A program made the position numbers and the translations under genes. The notes under the pieces were generated by a model that made no database searches, was not told where the DNA came from, and saw only the letters and a program-made list of their open reading frames with translations. Below are positions 39,296 through 47,959 of a stretch of 61,382 nucleotides of DNA, in pieces; the first letter of the stretch is position 1; each line of letters opens with the position of its first letter. The stretch is from a virus. The stretch spans positions 1-61,382 of the IMG/VR virus record IMGVR_UViG_3300031673_000041; one strand, written 5' to 3'.

Positions 39296-42273
39296 TGCGT
39301 AAACTCTTTTCATTTATAATGGTCGTATTATTGCTGGTGATTGGTGTTTCCAGTACATACGGTCAGAATTTGCCTGCCACGATTACAAACAGGGCAACTC
39401 TCGCATTGTGGATTCGGACAGGCACATTTACATTCACAAATAAGACACTGACCAGCCCGACTATTAATGGCCTATCGCTTACTGGAACGATTTCAATTAC
39501 CGGAACAAGTTATCTGAATCTGGGTACGGCTCTGGTTCCACTGGTGTTAACGACTACGCCACTTTTTACGGTGTATTCGACATCGGCTTCGGTTGCTGGA
39601 ACAATCCGTTCAGCCATTATTAATCAGGTACACACCGGAGACGGATACGCGACTATAGAAGCGTTGAGAGTCAATGTCAGTTCTGCCGTCCAGACCGGAT
39701 CGTGGACTAATGCGATTGTCGCACGGATTGCGTACAGTGGAGCGACTGGCGATGCAGGCGGGGGTTTGGCAGCAGCACTTTGTGCTGAAGTTGTTCTTCC
39801 TGCGATTACCGGCCCAGCCGGTTCATACTTTGCCGTCGATCTTGAATTTGATGCACAGGCGAGTTATGTGGCAAATGCCGGAACCGGATACCCGACCGCT
39901 TATATTAGGTTTGGGTTATACGGCAATGGTTCTGCAATTGCATCCTTTGAGGATGACGCTTATTTCATGCAGATGTCAACCGACTTTTCAAGTGCTTCTG
40001 GAAATATGTGGTATAATAATACTTTGAGAGTACAACTTGAAACCACAGATTTTTTCATTGCACTTTCGGACGCAGAGGGTGAATATTCATCCGCTTATAT
40101 GATTGACATTTCTAATGCAACCAATGCCACAAATTTAACGACTGCTTCTATTGCAACCGAGGGTGGACTTGCCGTTACACTGGAAACTTTTCTTGGTGAT
40201 GATTTAGATATGTCCACTTCTGGAACTGGTGTTTACGACATCACATTAAAAGACAATGTGGCTGATGCTCTCAGTATTGTACGTGGTACAACGGATATGA
40301 TGGAATTCACTTCAACATCAGCTTCGCCGTTAATTACCATTACACCGGCGACCACAATTACTGGGCTGTTGACGGCAAACGGAAGCGTGGCAGTTGGGGA
40401 TGCTGATTATATCGGTATAACTTCAAATGAGGTTATCACTTTTGCGGTCGCAGGAACAATAACAGCTTCTGGTGCTGATTTTGTAATTGGTGAAACTGCC
40501 GCCGAAAACGTTCTCAGACAATTGAGGATAATCGGTGATGCTGATTCGGATGCTGGTGGAAATATCACATCGGAAACACTGACAATTGAATTGAATACCG
40601 ACGCAACGCCCACAAATTCAACTTGGGATTTCTCAAGTACACAGGGTGCAGGTTATGCGTTTGATAAGGCAGTGAGTGTAACTGGCCTGATCACTTCAAG
40701 TGCTGGGTTTGTTTTAGGTGATACTGATTATATTGGTATTACTTCGAACGAGACTATTTCTTTTTTAGCAGCTGGATCAATTACTGTTAATGGAGCAAAT
40801 TTTCTCGTTGGCCCGGTGACTGCATTAGATGAAGGCAGACCGACCTTTGCTATTGTTGGCGATGCAGACACTGATGGAACAGCAACAACTGAAGCATTAA
40901 CGTGGACGTTGGCCGGAAATACCGATCCTACTGCAGCGACTTGGGGACTTACGTCAACTCAAAGTGCCGGTTATACTATTGATAAGGCGGTAAGTGTAAC
41001 GGGTTTGGTTACGTCGTCGGCCGGTTTTGTTTTGGGCAACACTGATTACATCGGAATAACAGGCAATGAAATAATTACATTTACTACGGGTGGCACTATA
41101 GATTTTACTGGCGCACTTGTTACAATTGTCAGTCCCGATCTTGCAGCGGCCGCAAACAATGCTCTGATCATAACCGCAACGACTTCTATTACAACGGGTT
41201 CGAATTATGCGGTTGAAATTACCCACACCAATACCGCTGGTTCTGCTGCAAATTTTGCAGGTTTATTTGTCACGACTACAGCCGGAGCGGATTTCGCAGG
41301 TGCTATGGGTATTATGTCACGGGTTGATATGGGTGCATACGAGGGCATAGTTGGTGGAGCGAATGCTTTATATGCCGAGCTTTTATTGTCTAACAAAATA
41401 CAGACCGGCGGCGAGTATCATGTTCTTGTTTTGACACTTGCTGAAAGTGGAAGCACTTTTTCACCCAGTATTACCGTTACTCGTCCTACGACCTTCACGA
41501 AGTATGAAACTTGGGGTGATGGTGCTGAACACATAGACGATTATGCGTATCTGTTTTATCTGAACGGATTCACGGCAGAGGCAGGTCATTTAGTATCGCT
41601 CACAAAACAAACACTTCGAGTCAATATTGGTCAAGTAGCCCGTTATATGGTATTGAGTCAAATGCAGGACGGACTTGGTTTGGGTATCAGCGGAACACCG
41701 ATGGTATTGGCGGCAACTACAGATCAAGCAACTGAAATTTTTACAACCGGCTCGTCAACATCTGGTAATCATTTTCATAATTATATGAAGGCAACCAGTA
41801 CAGCACAAACTACAGGCGGTCATTTTGCTCTCTACGTAGAGAATGATGTGGCGTTTCAAGCAGCCGGACAAATGGGCGGTTATTTTAAAGTTGATATGAA
41901 TGCGATTCAGGCTCCCACGGGTGGCGCAAGTGTTGTCAATGCCGAACTGGTTATGCCGACCGGTGTACAGAACGGCGGACAGTATAACGCATTTGTAGCT
42001 GACATCGAATGCCCTGCAACCATGGATATGTTTTACAATGCTGCTATACCGTCTGGTTTTATGAAATTGGAAGTCTATGGGAATGGTACTGCTGTGACTG
42101 ACTTTAACTTAAGTGCTAATCTATTTAATTTGAGTGGTATTACTGCAGCGACAGATGCAATGCTTGAAGAAACTACAGTAGCGGATGCAAATGTTAGTAT
42201 AACTCATTCAATAAGAATTAATATTGGTGGAACACCGTATTACATAGCTTTAAATACAGCTAACACTTGGTAA
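39295..42273 (+). CDS. large Thr/Ser/Ala/Gly-rich repeat protein with a signal-peptide-like N-terminus (992 aa)
   Basis: MRKLFSFIMVVLLLVIGVSSTYGQ. About 2.4 tandem copies of a ~106-aa unit (G[DN].DYIGIT.NE.I.F). Three dispersed copies of a second unit (AE[VL][VL][LM]P...YGNG[ST]A). Confidence 0.8.
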   Translation: MRKLFSFIMVVLLLVIGVSSTYGQNLPATITNRATLALWIRTGTFTFTNKTLTSPTINGLSLTGTISITGTSYLNLGTALVPLVLTTTPLFTVYSTSASVAGTIRSAIINQVHTGDGYATIEALRVNVSSAVQTGSWTNAIVARIAYSGATGDAGGGLAAALCAEVVLPAITGPAGSYFAVDLEFDAQASYVANAGTGYPTAYIRFGLYGNGSAIASFEDDAYFMQMSTDFSSASGNMWYNNTLRVQLETTDFFIALSDAEGEYSSAYMIDISNATNATNLTTASIATEGGLAVTLETFLGDDLDMSTSGTGVYDITLKDNVADALSIVRGTTDMMEFTSTSASPLITITPATTITGLLTANGSVAVGDADYIGITSNEVITFAVAGTITASGADFVIGETAAENVLRQLRIIGDADSDAGGNITSETLTIELNTDATPTNSTWDFSSTQGAGYAFDKAVSVTGLITSSAGFVLGDTDYIGITSNETISFLAAGSITVNGANFLVGPVTALDEGRPTFAIVGDADTDGTATTEALTWTLAGNTDPTAATWGLTSTQSAGYTIDKAVSVTGLVTSSAGFVLGNTDYIGITGNEIITFTTGGTIDFTGALVTIVSPDLAAAANNALIITATTSITTGSNYAVEITHTNTAGSAANFAGLFVTTTAGADFAGAMGIMSRVDMGAYEGIVGGANALYAELLLSNKIQTGGEYHVLVLTLAESGSTFSPSITVTRPTTFTKYETWGDGAEHIDDYAYLFYLNGFTAEAGHLVSLTKQTLRVNIGQVARYMVLSQMQDGLGLGISGTPMVLAATTDQATEIFTTGSSTSGNHFHNYMKATSTAQTTGGHFALYVENDVAFQAAGQMGGYFKVDMNAIQAPTGGASVVNAELVMPTGVQNGGQYNAFVADIECPATMDMFYNAAIPSGFMKLEVYGNGTAVTDFNLSANLFNLSGITAATDAMLEETTVADANVSITHSIRINIGGTPYYIALNTANTW
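40399..41150 (+). repeat. in-frame tandem repeat, period 318-321 nt (2 full units + 1 partial)
   Basis: Unit starts align at 40399 (GAT GCT GAT TAT ATC GGT ATA ACT), 40720 (GAT ACT GAT TAT ATT GGT ATT ACT) and 41038 (AAC ACT GAT TAC ATC GGA ATA ACA). Confidence 0.85.
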
Positions 42274-42296
42274 TTGTAATATTTAACCGGCTTATC

Positions 42297-42331
42297 GGGG
42301 ACTGTGCCGACATAAACAGTCCCCACTTTTT
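42297..42331 (+). terminator. rho-independent terminator after the 992-aa gene
   Basis: GGGGACTG (42297-304) pairs with CAGTCCCC (42317-324), 12-nt loop, then ACTTTTT. Confidence 0.75.
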
Positions 42332-42351
42332 AAAAAGAGGAGATACGAGAA

Positions 42352-42735
42352 ATGATTAAAAAAATCATGTTAACAGTGGTGATGTGCTTTGTATTTGTCG
42401 GATCAATTCACGCAGAAGTAATCGAAGTAAACACGATGGAGCGAATGGTATTATTGTCCTTGTTGCCAGTGGAAGCAAGTTACGCTACTTGGAAAATTAT
42501 TCAAGAACTACGAATGGAGTTGTCTTTCACGGAAGAGGAACTTGTTTTAATTGATTTAAAACCCGATGTGAATGGTAATACAACGGCAAATTGGGAGGCA
42601 GTCGATCCGAAGTCAGTTGAATTCGGAGTTACCGCAGCAAGATTTATAGAGGATGCCCTTCTTGCTTTAGACGAACAAGAAAAACTATTACCAGAACACG
42701 TTAGTTTGTATGAGAAATTTATTGTGAAGGAATAA
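42352..42735 (+). CDS. secreted protein (127 aa)
   Basis: SD AGAGGAGA upstream; signal peptide MIKKIMLTVVMCFVFVGSIHAEV. Confidence 0.65.
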   Translation: MIKKIMLTVVMCFVFVGSIHAEVIEVNTMERMVLLSLLPVEASYATWKIIQELRMELSFTEEELVLIDLKPDVNGNTTANWEAVDPKSVEFGVTAARFIEDALLALDEQEKLLPEHVSLYEKFIVKE

Positions 42736-42745
42736 AAGAATTTTT

Positions 42746-42813
42746 GCGTGAGGCAGGATTATTATGGATTCAGATGGATGCCACGTAGGTTCTGCCTTAC
42801 GCACCCCAAGGGG
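42746..42813 (+). promoter_or_regulatory. long RNA hairpin plus SD-sequestering mini-hairpin upstream of 42822
   Basis: GCGTGAGGCAGGA (42746-58) pairs with TTCTGCCTTACGC (42790-802): 13 bp including G-T pairs. CCCC (42804-07) can pair with GGGG (42810-13) of the SD GGGGAGG. Confidence 0.45.
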
Positions 42814-42821
42814 AGGATACA

Positions 42822-43004
42822 GTGCCGTTGAATGATTTCAGATGTCTGCAATGTAGAACGATCTTTGAACGACTCACCTCAACATACAAGAGAAGAACAA
42901 AATGCCCGTACTGTGGCGCTATGGCTCTCAAAATGATTCCCAGAGGCGTAACTCCCGTATTTAAGGGATCGGGATTTTATACTACTGATTACAAAGGGAA
43001 ATGA
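42822..43004 (+). CDS. FmdB-family (CxxC_CxxC_SSSS) zinc-ribbon protein
   Basis: GTG start after GGGGAGGA; FRCLQCRTIFE ... KCPYCG ... FKGSGFYTTDYK is the family signature. Confidence 0.8.
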   Translation: MPLNDFRCLQCRTIFERLTSTYKRRTKCPYCGAMALKMIPRGVTPVFKGSGFYTTDYKGK

Positions 43005-43007
43005 GAC

Positions 43008-43763
43008 ATGATGCAGCTTATCCATTCAAGTGGTACAGAATTTTTCAGTAAAATATTTACTGTAATGTATAATCTGAAAAACGTAAATAAATACGGTTAT
43101 AATTCATATGAGCCATGCTTATTTTATGGAATGTATTTCAATGAAGATTCTATACGGTTAATGGAGCATAGGGGACAGGCGATTATATTATGGGCTGGAT
43201 CGGATATTAGAAGTAAGGGTCAACCATTTATTACAAAAAATACACCTACCAAAGTTTTGCATTTGGCAGCATCTCCATCGATTGAGCAGAGATTAAAAAG
43301 GGTAGGATTTTCATATCGCAGAATCCCGAACATTGCATTTACAAATTGGGATTACTGGAAACCCGAACCGCTTGGTGAAAAGATTTATTTCTATGCGCCG
43401 TCCGATTTTTATGGTCTTAACTGTCTTGACCAGATTAAAGAATTTGGTTATCCGGTTATCCATATTGATCGAGCGCAGAGACACGACATCTCAAAACTAC
43501 GCAACATTTATAAGGAATGTTTTATTGGGTTGAGATTAACACCGGAGGACGGAAACTCTGCAACGGTCTTAGAGATGGGATTAATGGGAAGGAAGACTAT
43601 CTGGAATGGCGACCAGTTGTCGGCTATACCGTGGAATGATTTTGATAAGCTCAATGAATTAATTTGCGTGGAAGCAAAAAAGATCGGAACAAGTCAAGAT
43701 GCTTTTGCAAAAAAAGTTTATGATTCAGTTACTAAGACAACCGAGGGGTGGTTTGATGTATAA
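43008..43763 (+). CDS. glycosyltransferase-like (GT-B C-terminal half-like) protein
   Basis: FIGLRLTPEDGNSATVLEMGLMGRKTIWNG resembles a GT-B nucleotide-sugar-binding segment; weak by-eye call. Confidence 0.35.
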   Translation: MMQLIHSSGTEFFSKIFTVMYNLKNVNKYGYNSYEPCLFYGMYFNEDSIRLMEHRGQAIILWAGSDIRSKGQPFITKNTPTKVLHLAASPSIEQRLKRVGFSYRRIPNIAFTNWDYWKPEPLGEKIYFYAPSDFYGLNCLDQIKEFGYPVIHIDRAQRHDISKLRNIYKECFIGLRLTPEDGNSATVLEMGLMGRKTIWNGDQLSAIPWNDFDKLNELICVEAKKIGTSQDAFAKKVYDSVTKTTEGWFDV

Positions 43764-43911
43764 ATTAATAATAGGTTTTTTGTTGTTTATTTTATTGTCT
43801 TGTACTTACAATCCAAACATTCAAGATAATTCTATATGCGAGCATAGACAGACAAAGGTATCATGGGATGGTATTGAACGATGTTTGCAATGCGGGGCAA
43901 TAATTGAATGA
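43756..43911 (+). CDS. small lipoprotein-like, Cys-containing peptide (51 aa)
   Basis: MYKLIIGFLLFILLSC (lipobox-like LLSC), then CEH...CLQCG. Its start overlaps the upstream stop and its stop overlaps the radical SAM start (ATGA). Confidence 0.45.
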   Translation: MYKLIIGFLLFILLSCTYNPNIQDNSICEHRQTKVSWDGIERCLQCGAIIE

Positions 43912-44687
43912 ACAGTCCGAACTTATTGAAGATTGAAACAACTGACAAATGTAATTCGGAATGTGTTTTCTGTCTACATCGAAAACATGCAGGGCACGAT
44001 ATGGACTTTGATCTATTTAAAAAGATAGTCGATATGTTTCCGGATGCGCAGACTGTTTCACCTCAATTTTTCGGAGAGCCTACAATGTATCTGCAATTAC
44101 CAGAAGCGATTCAATATGCAAAGGATGCAGGGAAAAGGGTAAACTTTTATACAAACGGATCTTTTATTTATGGCAATATGGTATCGGTGGCGAGCGCAAA
44201 ACCGGATCATATCATATTCTCGGTCGAGGCAGACAATAAAGAACTCTATGAAAAGATAAGGGTCGGACTTAATTGGAGCAGATTCTTGTTTAATCTTGAT
44301 GCAATGCAGGAATTCTGCACAGACACAACTATTACAATCAGGATGACAATCTGCAAAGAAAATCAGAATCGGATTGGAGAGATTAAAGCATTCTGGCAAG
44401 ACAAGGGATTTTATGTTGTGGCAGTTCCGGAGGCTCCCATAAAAAGATTTAAAACAGATAAATATAACAACTATAAATGTGATCGACCAATGAGACAGTT
44501 AATTGTAAAATGGAATGGCGACGTGGTTTTTTGCTGTGTTGATTTATGGGGAAAATATGTAATAGGTAATGTCAAGAATGAGGGGGAGTCAATTTGGATG
44601 AATAAAAGATTTAATGAATTAATAAAAACAATTAATACGGAAGACGCCCCAACTTTATGTTTAACATGTGGATTTCGGACAAGATAG
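43908..44687 (+). CDS. radical SAM enzyme with partial SPASM (twitch-like) domain
   Basis: CNSECVFC (CxxxCxxC). C-terminal CDRPMRQLIVKWNGDVVFC fits C-x9-15-G-x4-C, then CLTC. At 259 aa it is BtrN-like in size. Confidence 0.8.
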   Translation: MNSPNLLKIETTDKCNSECVFCLHRKHAGHDMDFDLFKKIVDMFPDAQTVSPQFFGEPTMYLQLPEAIQYAKDAGKRVNFYTNGSFIYGNMVSVASAKPDHIIFSVEADNKELYEKIRVGLNWSRFLFNLDAMQEFCTDTTITIRMTICKENQNRIGEIKAFWQDKGFYVVAVPEAPIKRFKTDKYNNYKCDRPMRQLIVKWNGDVVFCCVDLWGKYVIGNVKNEGESIWMNKRFNELIKTINTEDAPTLCLTCGFRTR

Positions 44688-44698
44688 AAGGAACGACA

Positions 44699-45247
44699 AT
44701 GGGACAAGAACAAAATAGTCAATTTTACAATAATATATACGATTCGGTTTTAAGTTATCAACATCACTATGCCGACAGTTTGTATTATAAACTGTGGCAA
44801 GAATTAAGTAAATGGATTGAACCAGACATGAAAATCATTGATCTTGGTTGTGGGTCGGGGCAATTAGCAAATCTTTTATACGATATTGGGATCAAAAATT
44901 ATATTGGGATAGATTTTAGTCAGACTGCAATTGATATGGCAAATAAAATTAATCAAATTAAAACATTCCAATTTATTTGTGCTGATTTTAGAACTTGTCC
45001 GATTCCCGAAGGTGACACTTATATGTTATCAGAAGTGCTTGAACACGTTCAAGATGATCTTGAATTATTAAAGAAAATTCCTGATAATAAACGGATTATT
45101 GCCAGTGTTCCAAATTTTGATTGTTCAGGACATGTTAGATATTTTTTAAATGAAAATAGTGTTAGTAAAAGATATAATAAAATTATCAATATTGAATACT
45201 TATATAATGTTAACAATAAATTTTTTGTTTTTATAGGAAAAAATTAA
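44699..45247 (+). CDS. class I SAM-dependent methyltransferase
   Basis: IIDLGCGSGQLAN (motif I), IGIDFS, YMLSEVLEHV. Confidence 0.8.
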   Translation: MGQEQNSQFYNNIYDSVLSYQHHYADSLYYKLWQELSKWIEPDMKIIDLGCGSGQLANLLYDIGIKNYIGIDFSQTAIDMANKINQIKTFQFICADFRTCPIPEGDTYMLSEVLEHVQDDLELLKKIPDNKRIIASVPNFDCSGHVRYFLNENSVSKRYNKIINIEYLYNVNNKFFVFIGKN

Positions 45248-45290
45248 TATAAAAGTTGCAGGTTTAAGACAGGACAGGAGAAACGAAAAA

Positions 45291-46352
45291 ATGAAAAAAC
45301 CAACTATCGCATACGTAACACAGCACAATTGTTTAAGAGTAACTAAGGAGTCGGTTTGTTTAATTGATCTCGGCTACAAGGTGCATTTATTGTCACAAGT
45401 AATGACCAATAATAGACATTATACCAGTCCTCACCAATGGATACAACTATCGGATTTTGAAGAGACTGTCAAGCTGATGGATAAAAGTATTGACATCTGG
45501 CACGTTCATAATCATCCGAACTGGTTTGCATCAAAGATTAGAGAACTACTTCCAAAGTCGAAAATTGTATTCGATTATCACGATTCAAATTATTGGTTTA
45601 TTGATCAGAGCCCTCTACATAATACGAGCGAATTAACGACATGGTATACAGAGGATATCGCAGTCAGATCCGCAGACGCTTTTATTGTCCCGTCTGAAAA
45701 GTGCAAAGAAGAACTCCGGACACGAACAAGGAAGCCGATTAGGGTGGTACCGCCCGCCGTTCCGATTGCGATGTATGCGAATACGGAATGGAATGTATGG
45801 GGCGGATTAGTATCAGCTGGCGGCCATGCAACTGCATCTCGAAAGGGAGTTTTTCAGCATAATTCATGGCGGGATTACGGAGAACTTTACAAAGCATTGC
45901 AAGGGAAGCGAAAAGTCTTTGCATACTCTCCGTCATTTAATTTGGTCGAGAATGACAAGGTCGCTCAATATTATATGAACATGGGTGTCTCACTGAATAG
46001 ATTTAATTATCCGGATTTGATTGACAGGATTGGAGAACATACATGGAATCTGGTTGGGAATTTAAAACATACGAAAGTTATGGATTATATGGCTCCAAAC
46101 AAATTCTATGATGCAATCGCCGCAGGAGTTCCAAGCCTTGTATTGAACGCAGAGAGTGTCGGTAATCTTGTGGAAAAATACGGGATCGGAATTTATATTA
46201 AAGGTGATGATACGGATTATATTATTGACCAGATTATGAAACGATGGGAAGAACACCACGAGAAAAGATATAATCTAATAATGAAACGCAGAAAATTCTC
46301 AATGGAAAATTATATTGGACAAATAACCAGGTTGTATGAAACAATATTATAG
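45291..46352 (+). CDS. glycosyltransferase, GT-B fold (GT1/GT4-like)
   Basis: SD ACAGGAGA upstream; two-lobed pattern; APNKFYDAIAAGVPSLVLNAESVGNLVEKYGIGIYI resembles the GT-B C-terminal donor site. Confidence 0.6.
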   Translation: MKKPTIAYVTQHNCLRVTKESVCLIDLGYKVHLLSQVMTNNRHYTSPHQWIQLSDFEETVKLMDKSIDIWHVHNHPNWFASKIRELLPKSKIVFDYHDSNYWFIDQSPLHNTSELTTWYTEDIAVRSADAFIVPSEKCKEELRTRTRKPIRVVPPAVPIAMYANTEWNVWGGLVSAGGHATASRKGVFQHNSWRDYGELYKALQGKRKVFAYSPSFNLVENDKVAQYYMNMGVSLNRFNYPDLIDRIGEHTWNLVGNLKHTKVMDYMAPNKFYDAIAAGVPSLVLNAESVGNLVEKYGIGIYIKGDDTDYIIDQIMKRWEEHHEKRYNLIMKRRKFSMENYIGQITRLYETIL

Positions 46353-46363
46353 GGGAGGATTAG

Positions 46364-46852
46364 GTGGCGGCAAACGTAACAGTAGCAGAAGTTAGATACA
46401 TAGGGAATTGGAATGCAGTAGATATTCCCGATGCAGATTTGGACGGCATTTTTATACCGGCTGGTGATGCCTGGATTTCATTAAAACTTGAAACGACATT
46501 AGCATTATATACAACGGCAAATACAAACAAGGGAGCGATTGCGAAGCAAGCCGAACTTTATTATGTCGGTTATCATATTGCATCCCGACCTACAAAAGAA
46601 GATTTCCAAGTTGGGCCAGTCAGGAGTGCTAGAGTAAAAGGCGATGAAGTTGTGGCAATGGCAAAAAACCTGAAAAGTCTATGTAAAGAGATGCTGGGAC
46701 TTCTTGGATTGTCCTGGAGCAGTCACGACTTCACGGCAGTTGGTGGAGACAGCTATCATCCACTCGGACAGGACGATACAAACATTAATATGTCAGTAGC
46801 TCAGGATGATTCTGATTATCCATTTAATTTAATGGGGAGAAAAATCGATTGA
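46364..46852 (+). CDS. head-tail connector/adaptor candidate (162 aa)
   Basis: GTG start after GGGGAGGA; first gene of the head-tail joining block. Confidence 0.45.
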   Translation: MAANVTVAEVRYIGNWNAVDIPDADLDGIFIPAGDAWISLKLETTLALYTTANTNKGAIAKQAELYYVGYHIASRPTKEDFQVGPVRSARVKGDEVVAMAKNLKSLCKEMLGLLGLSWSSHDFTAVGGDSYHPLGQDDTNINMSVAQDDSDYPFNLMGRKID

Positions 46853-47325
46853 GCAACCAGACGAGATTGTTGAGTTGGTTATTAAGTAATCCGTTGTCCG
46901 AGTCGGCAACTATGAGCGTTATTACCGGGACTGCTTGCCCGTGTATGGCTTTTGGTAGAGCTGGATCTTATTCGGAAGAATGGCACAGAAAAAACTTGTC
47001 CGATGAGGATTGTCTAAGCACCGGCATAATCGATCCCAGTAAAACAACGACATCCACAACATTCAAGGGCATATTCTGTCCTCCTGCATTAGTGGCTTCT
47101 TCTGTTCCGACAGGACAAGAAATATTAGCTGCGATTGGTGAGATTCGGGACGATGATTTATTATTATGGGGAGCGGTCAATACCAGCACAAATGCAATTG
47201 TAGACTTCACGGGTACAAATGAATACATTGAATATATCACAAGGGATTCTATTAAATATTCGATTAAAAACGCTTATGAGATCCCGCAAATTTGTTCAGC
47301 CGCACATCTTAGGAGGCAAGCATAA
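46849..47325 (+). CDS. head-tail joining protein candidate (158 aa)
   Basis: TTG start overlapping the upstream TGA, with GGGGAG 9 nt upstream. Confidence 0.45.
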   Translation: MSNQTRLLSWLLSNPLSESATMSVITGTACPCMAFGRAGSYSEEWHRKNLSDEDCLSTGIIDPSKTTTSTTFKGIFCPPALVASSVPTGQEILAAIGEIRDDDLLLWGAVNTSTNAIVDFTGTNEYIEYITRDSIKYSIKNAYEIPQICSAAHLRRQA

Positions 47326-47756
47326 TGAATCCTTCAATGTATGGCGGTCAGTCAGTGTCCTATGTCGATCCTACTGGAATGCACATGAAATTGAGAGCCG
47401 TTAAGTTGGTTATGGCAGAAACTATTCCGCCCTTGGTATTAAAGGAAGCGCAGGAAGTTTTTAGGGAAGCCAGAAAAAACCTGTCCGGCCCGAAATCCAA
47501 TACTGGGAAAATGCCAGTTCCGAGAGTAACCGGTACACTGGACAGGGCATTAACATTAACTCCGGTCAGTCCTTCTGTGGCCGCAATTTGGATGAATAGG
47601 GTGATCGCCTACTATGCACCCTATGTTCATGATGGAACAAGATATATGGATGGTCGACCTTATTTGGCCATGGCTATTCGCACACGCAGACCGATTGCGC
47701 AAGCGAATTTCCAAAGGGCATTATTGCAGGCAGTGAGAGGAGTTGGGAGAAGATGA
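47325..47756 (+). CDS. HK97 gp10-like head-tail/tail-completion protein
   Basis: TAATG overlap; VIAYYAPYVHDGTRYMDGRPYLAMAI matches the gp10 family pattern (YA.yVe.GT..m.arPfl). Confidence 0.7.
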   Translation: MNPSMYGGQSVSYVDPTGMHMKLRAVKLVMAETIPPLVLKEAQEVFREARKNLSGPKSNTGKMPVPRVTGTLDRALTLTPVSPSVAAIWMNRVIAYYAPYVHDGTRYMDGRPYLAMAIRTRRPIAQANFQRALLQAVRGVGRR

Positions 47757-47959
47757 GACGACTCGCAACATTGATTACTTTCGATGATGAGGAAAAAATA
47801 GAAACGCTGAAGTTTAATAATCAATTCAGCATAACAATAAAAGAGTTTGATGAAATTGGTAGGGACTTGATTCTTATATTTGGAGATAAGGTCACTGATC
47901 AGTTTATTGCAGACATTAAACAGATCCGAAAGGAACGAGATGGCGGTAAGAGCGACTGA
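47753..47959 (+). CDS. hypothetical protein (68 aa)
   Basis: ATGA overlap. Confidence 0.5.
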   Translation: MRRLATLITFDDEEKIETLKFNNQFSITIKEFDEIGRDLILIFGDKVTDQFIADIKQIRKERDGGKSD

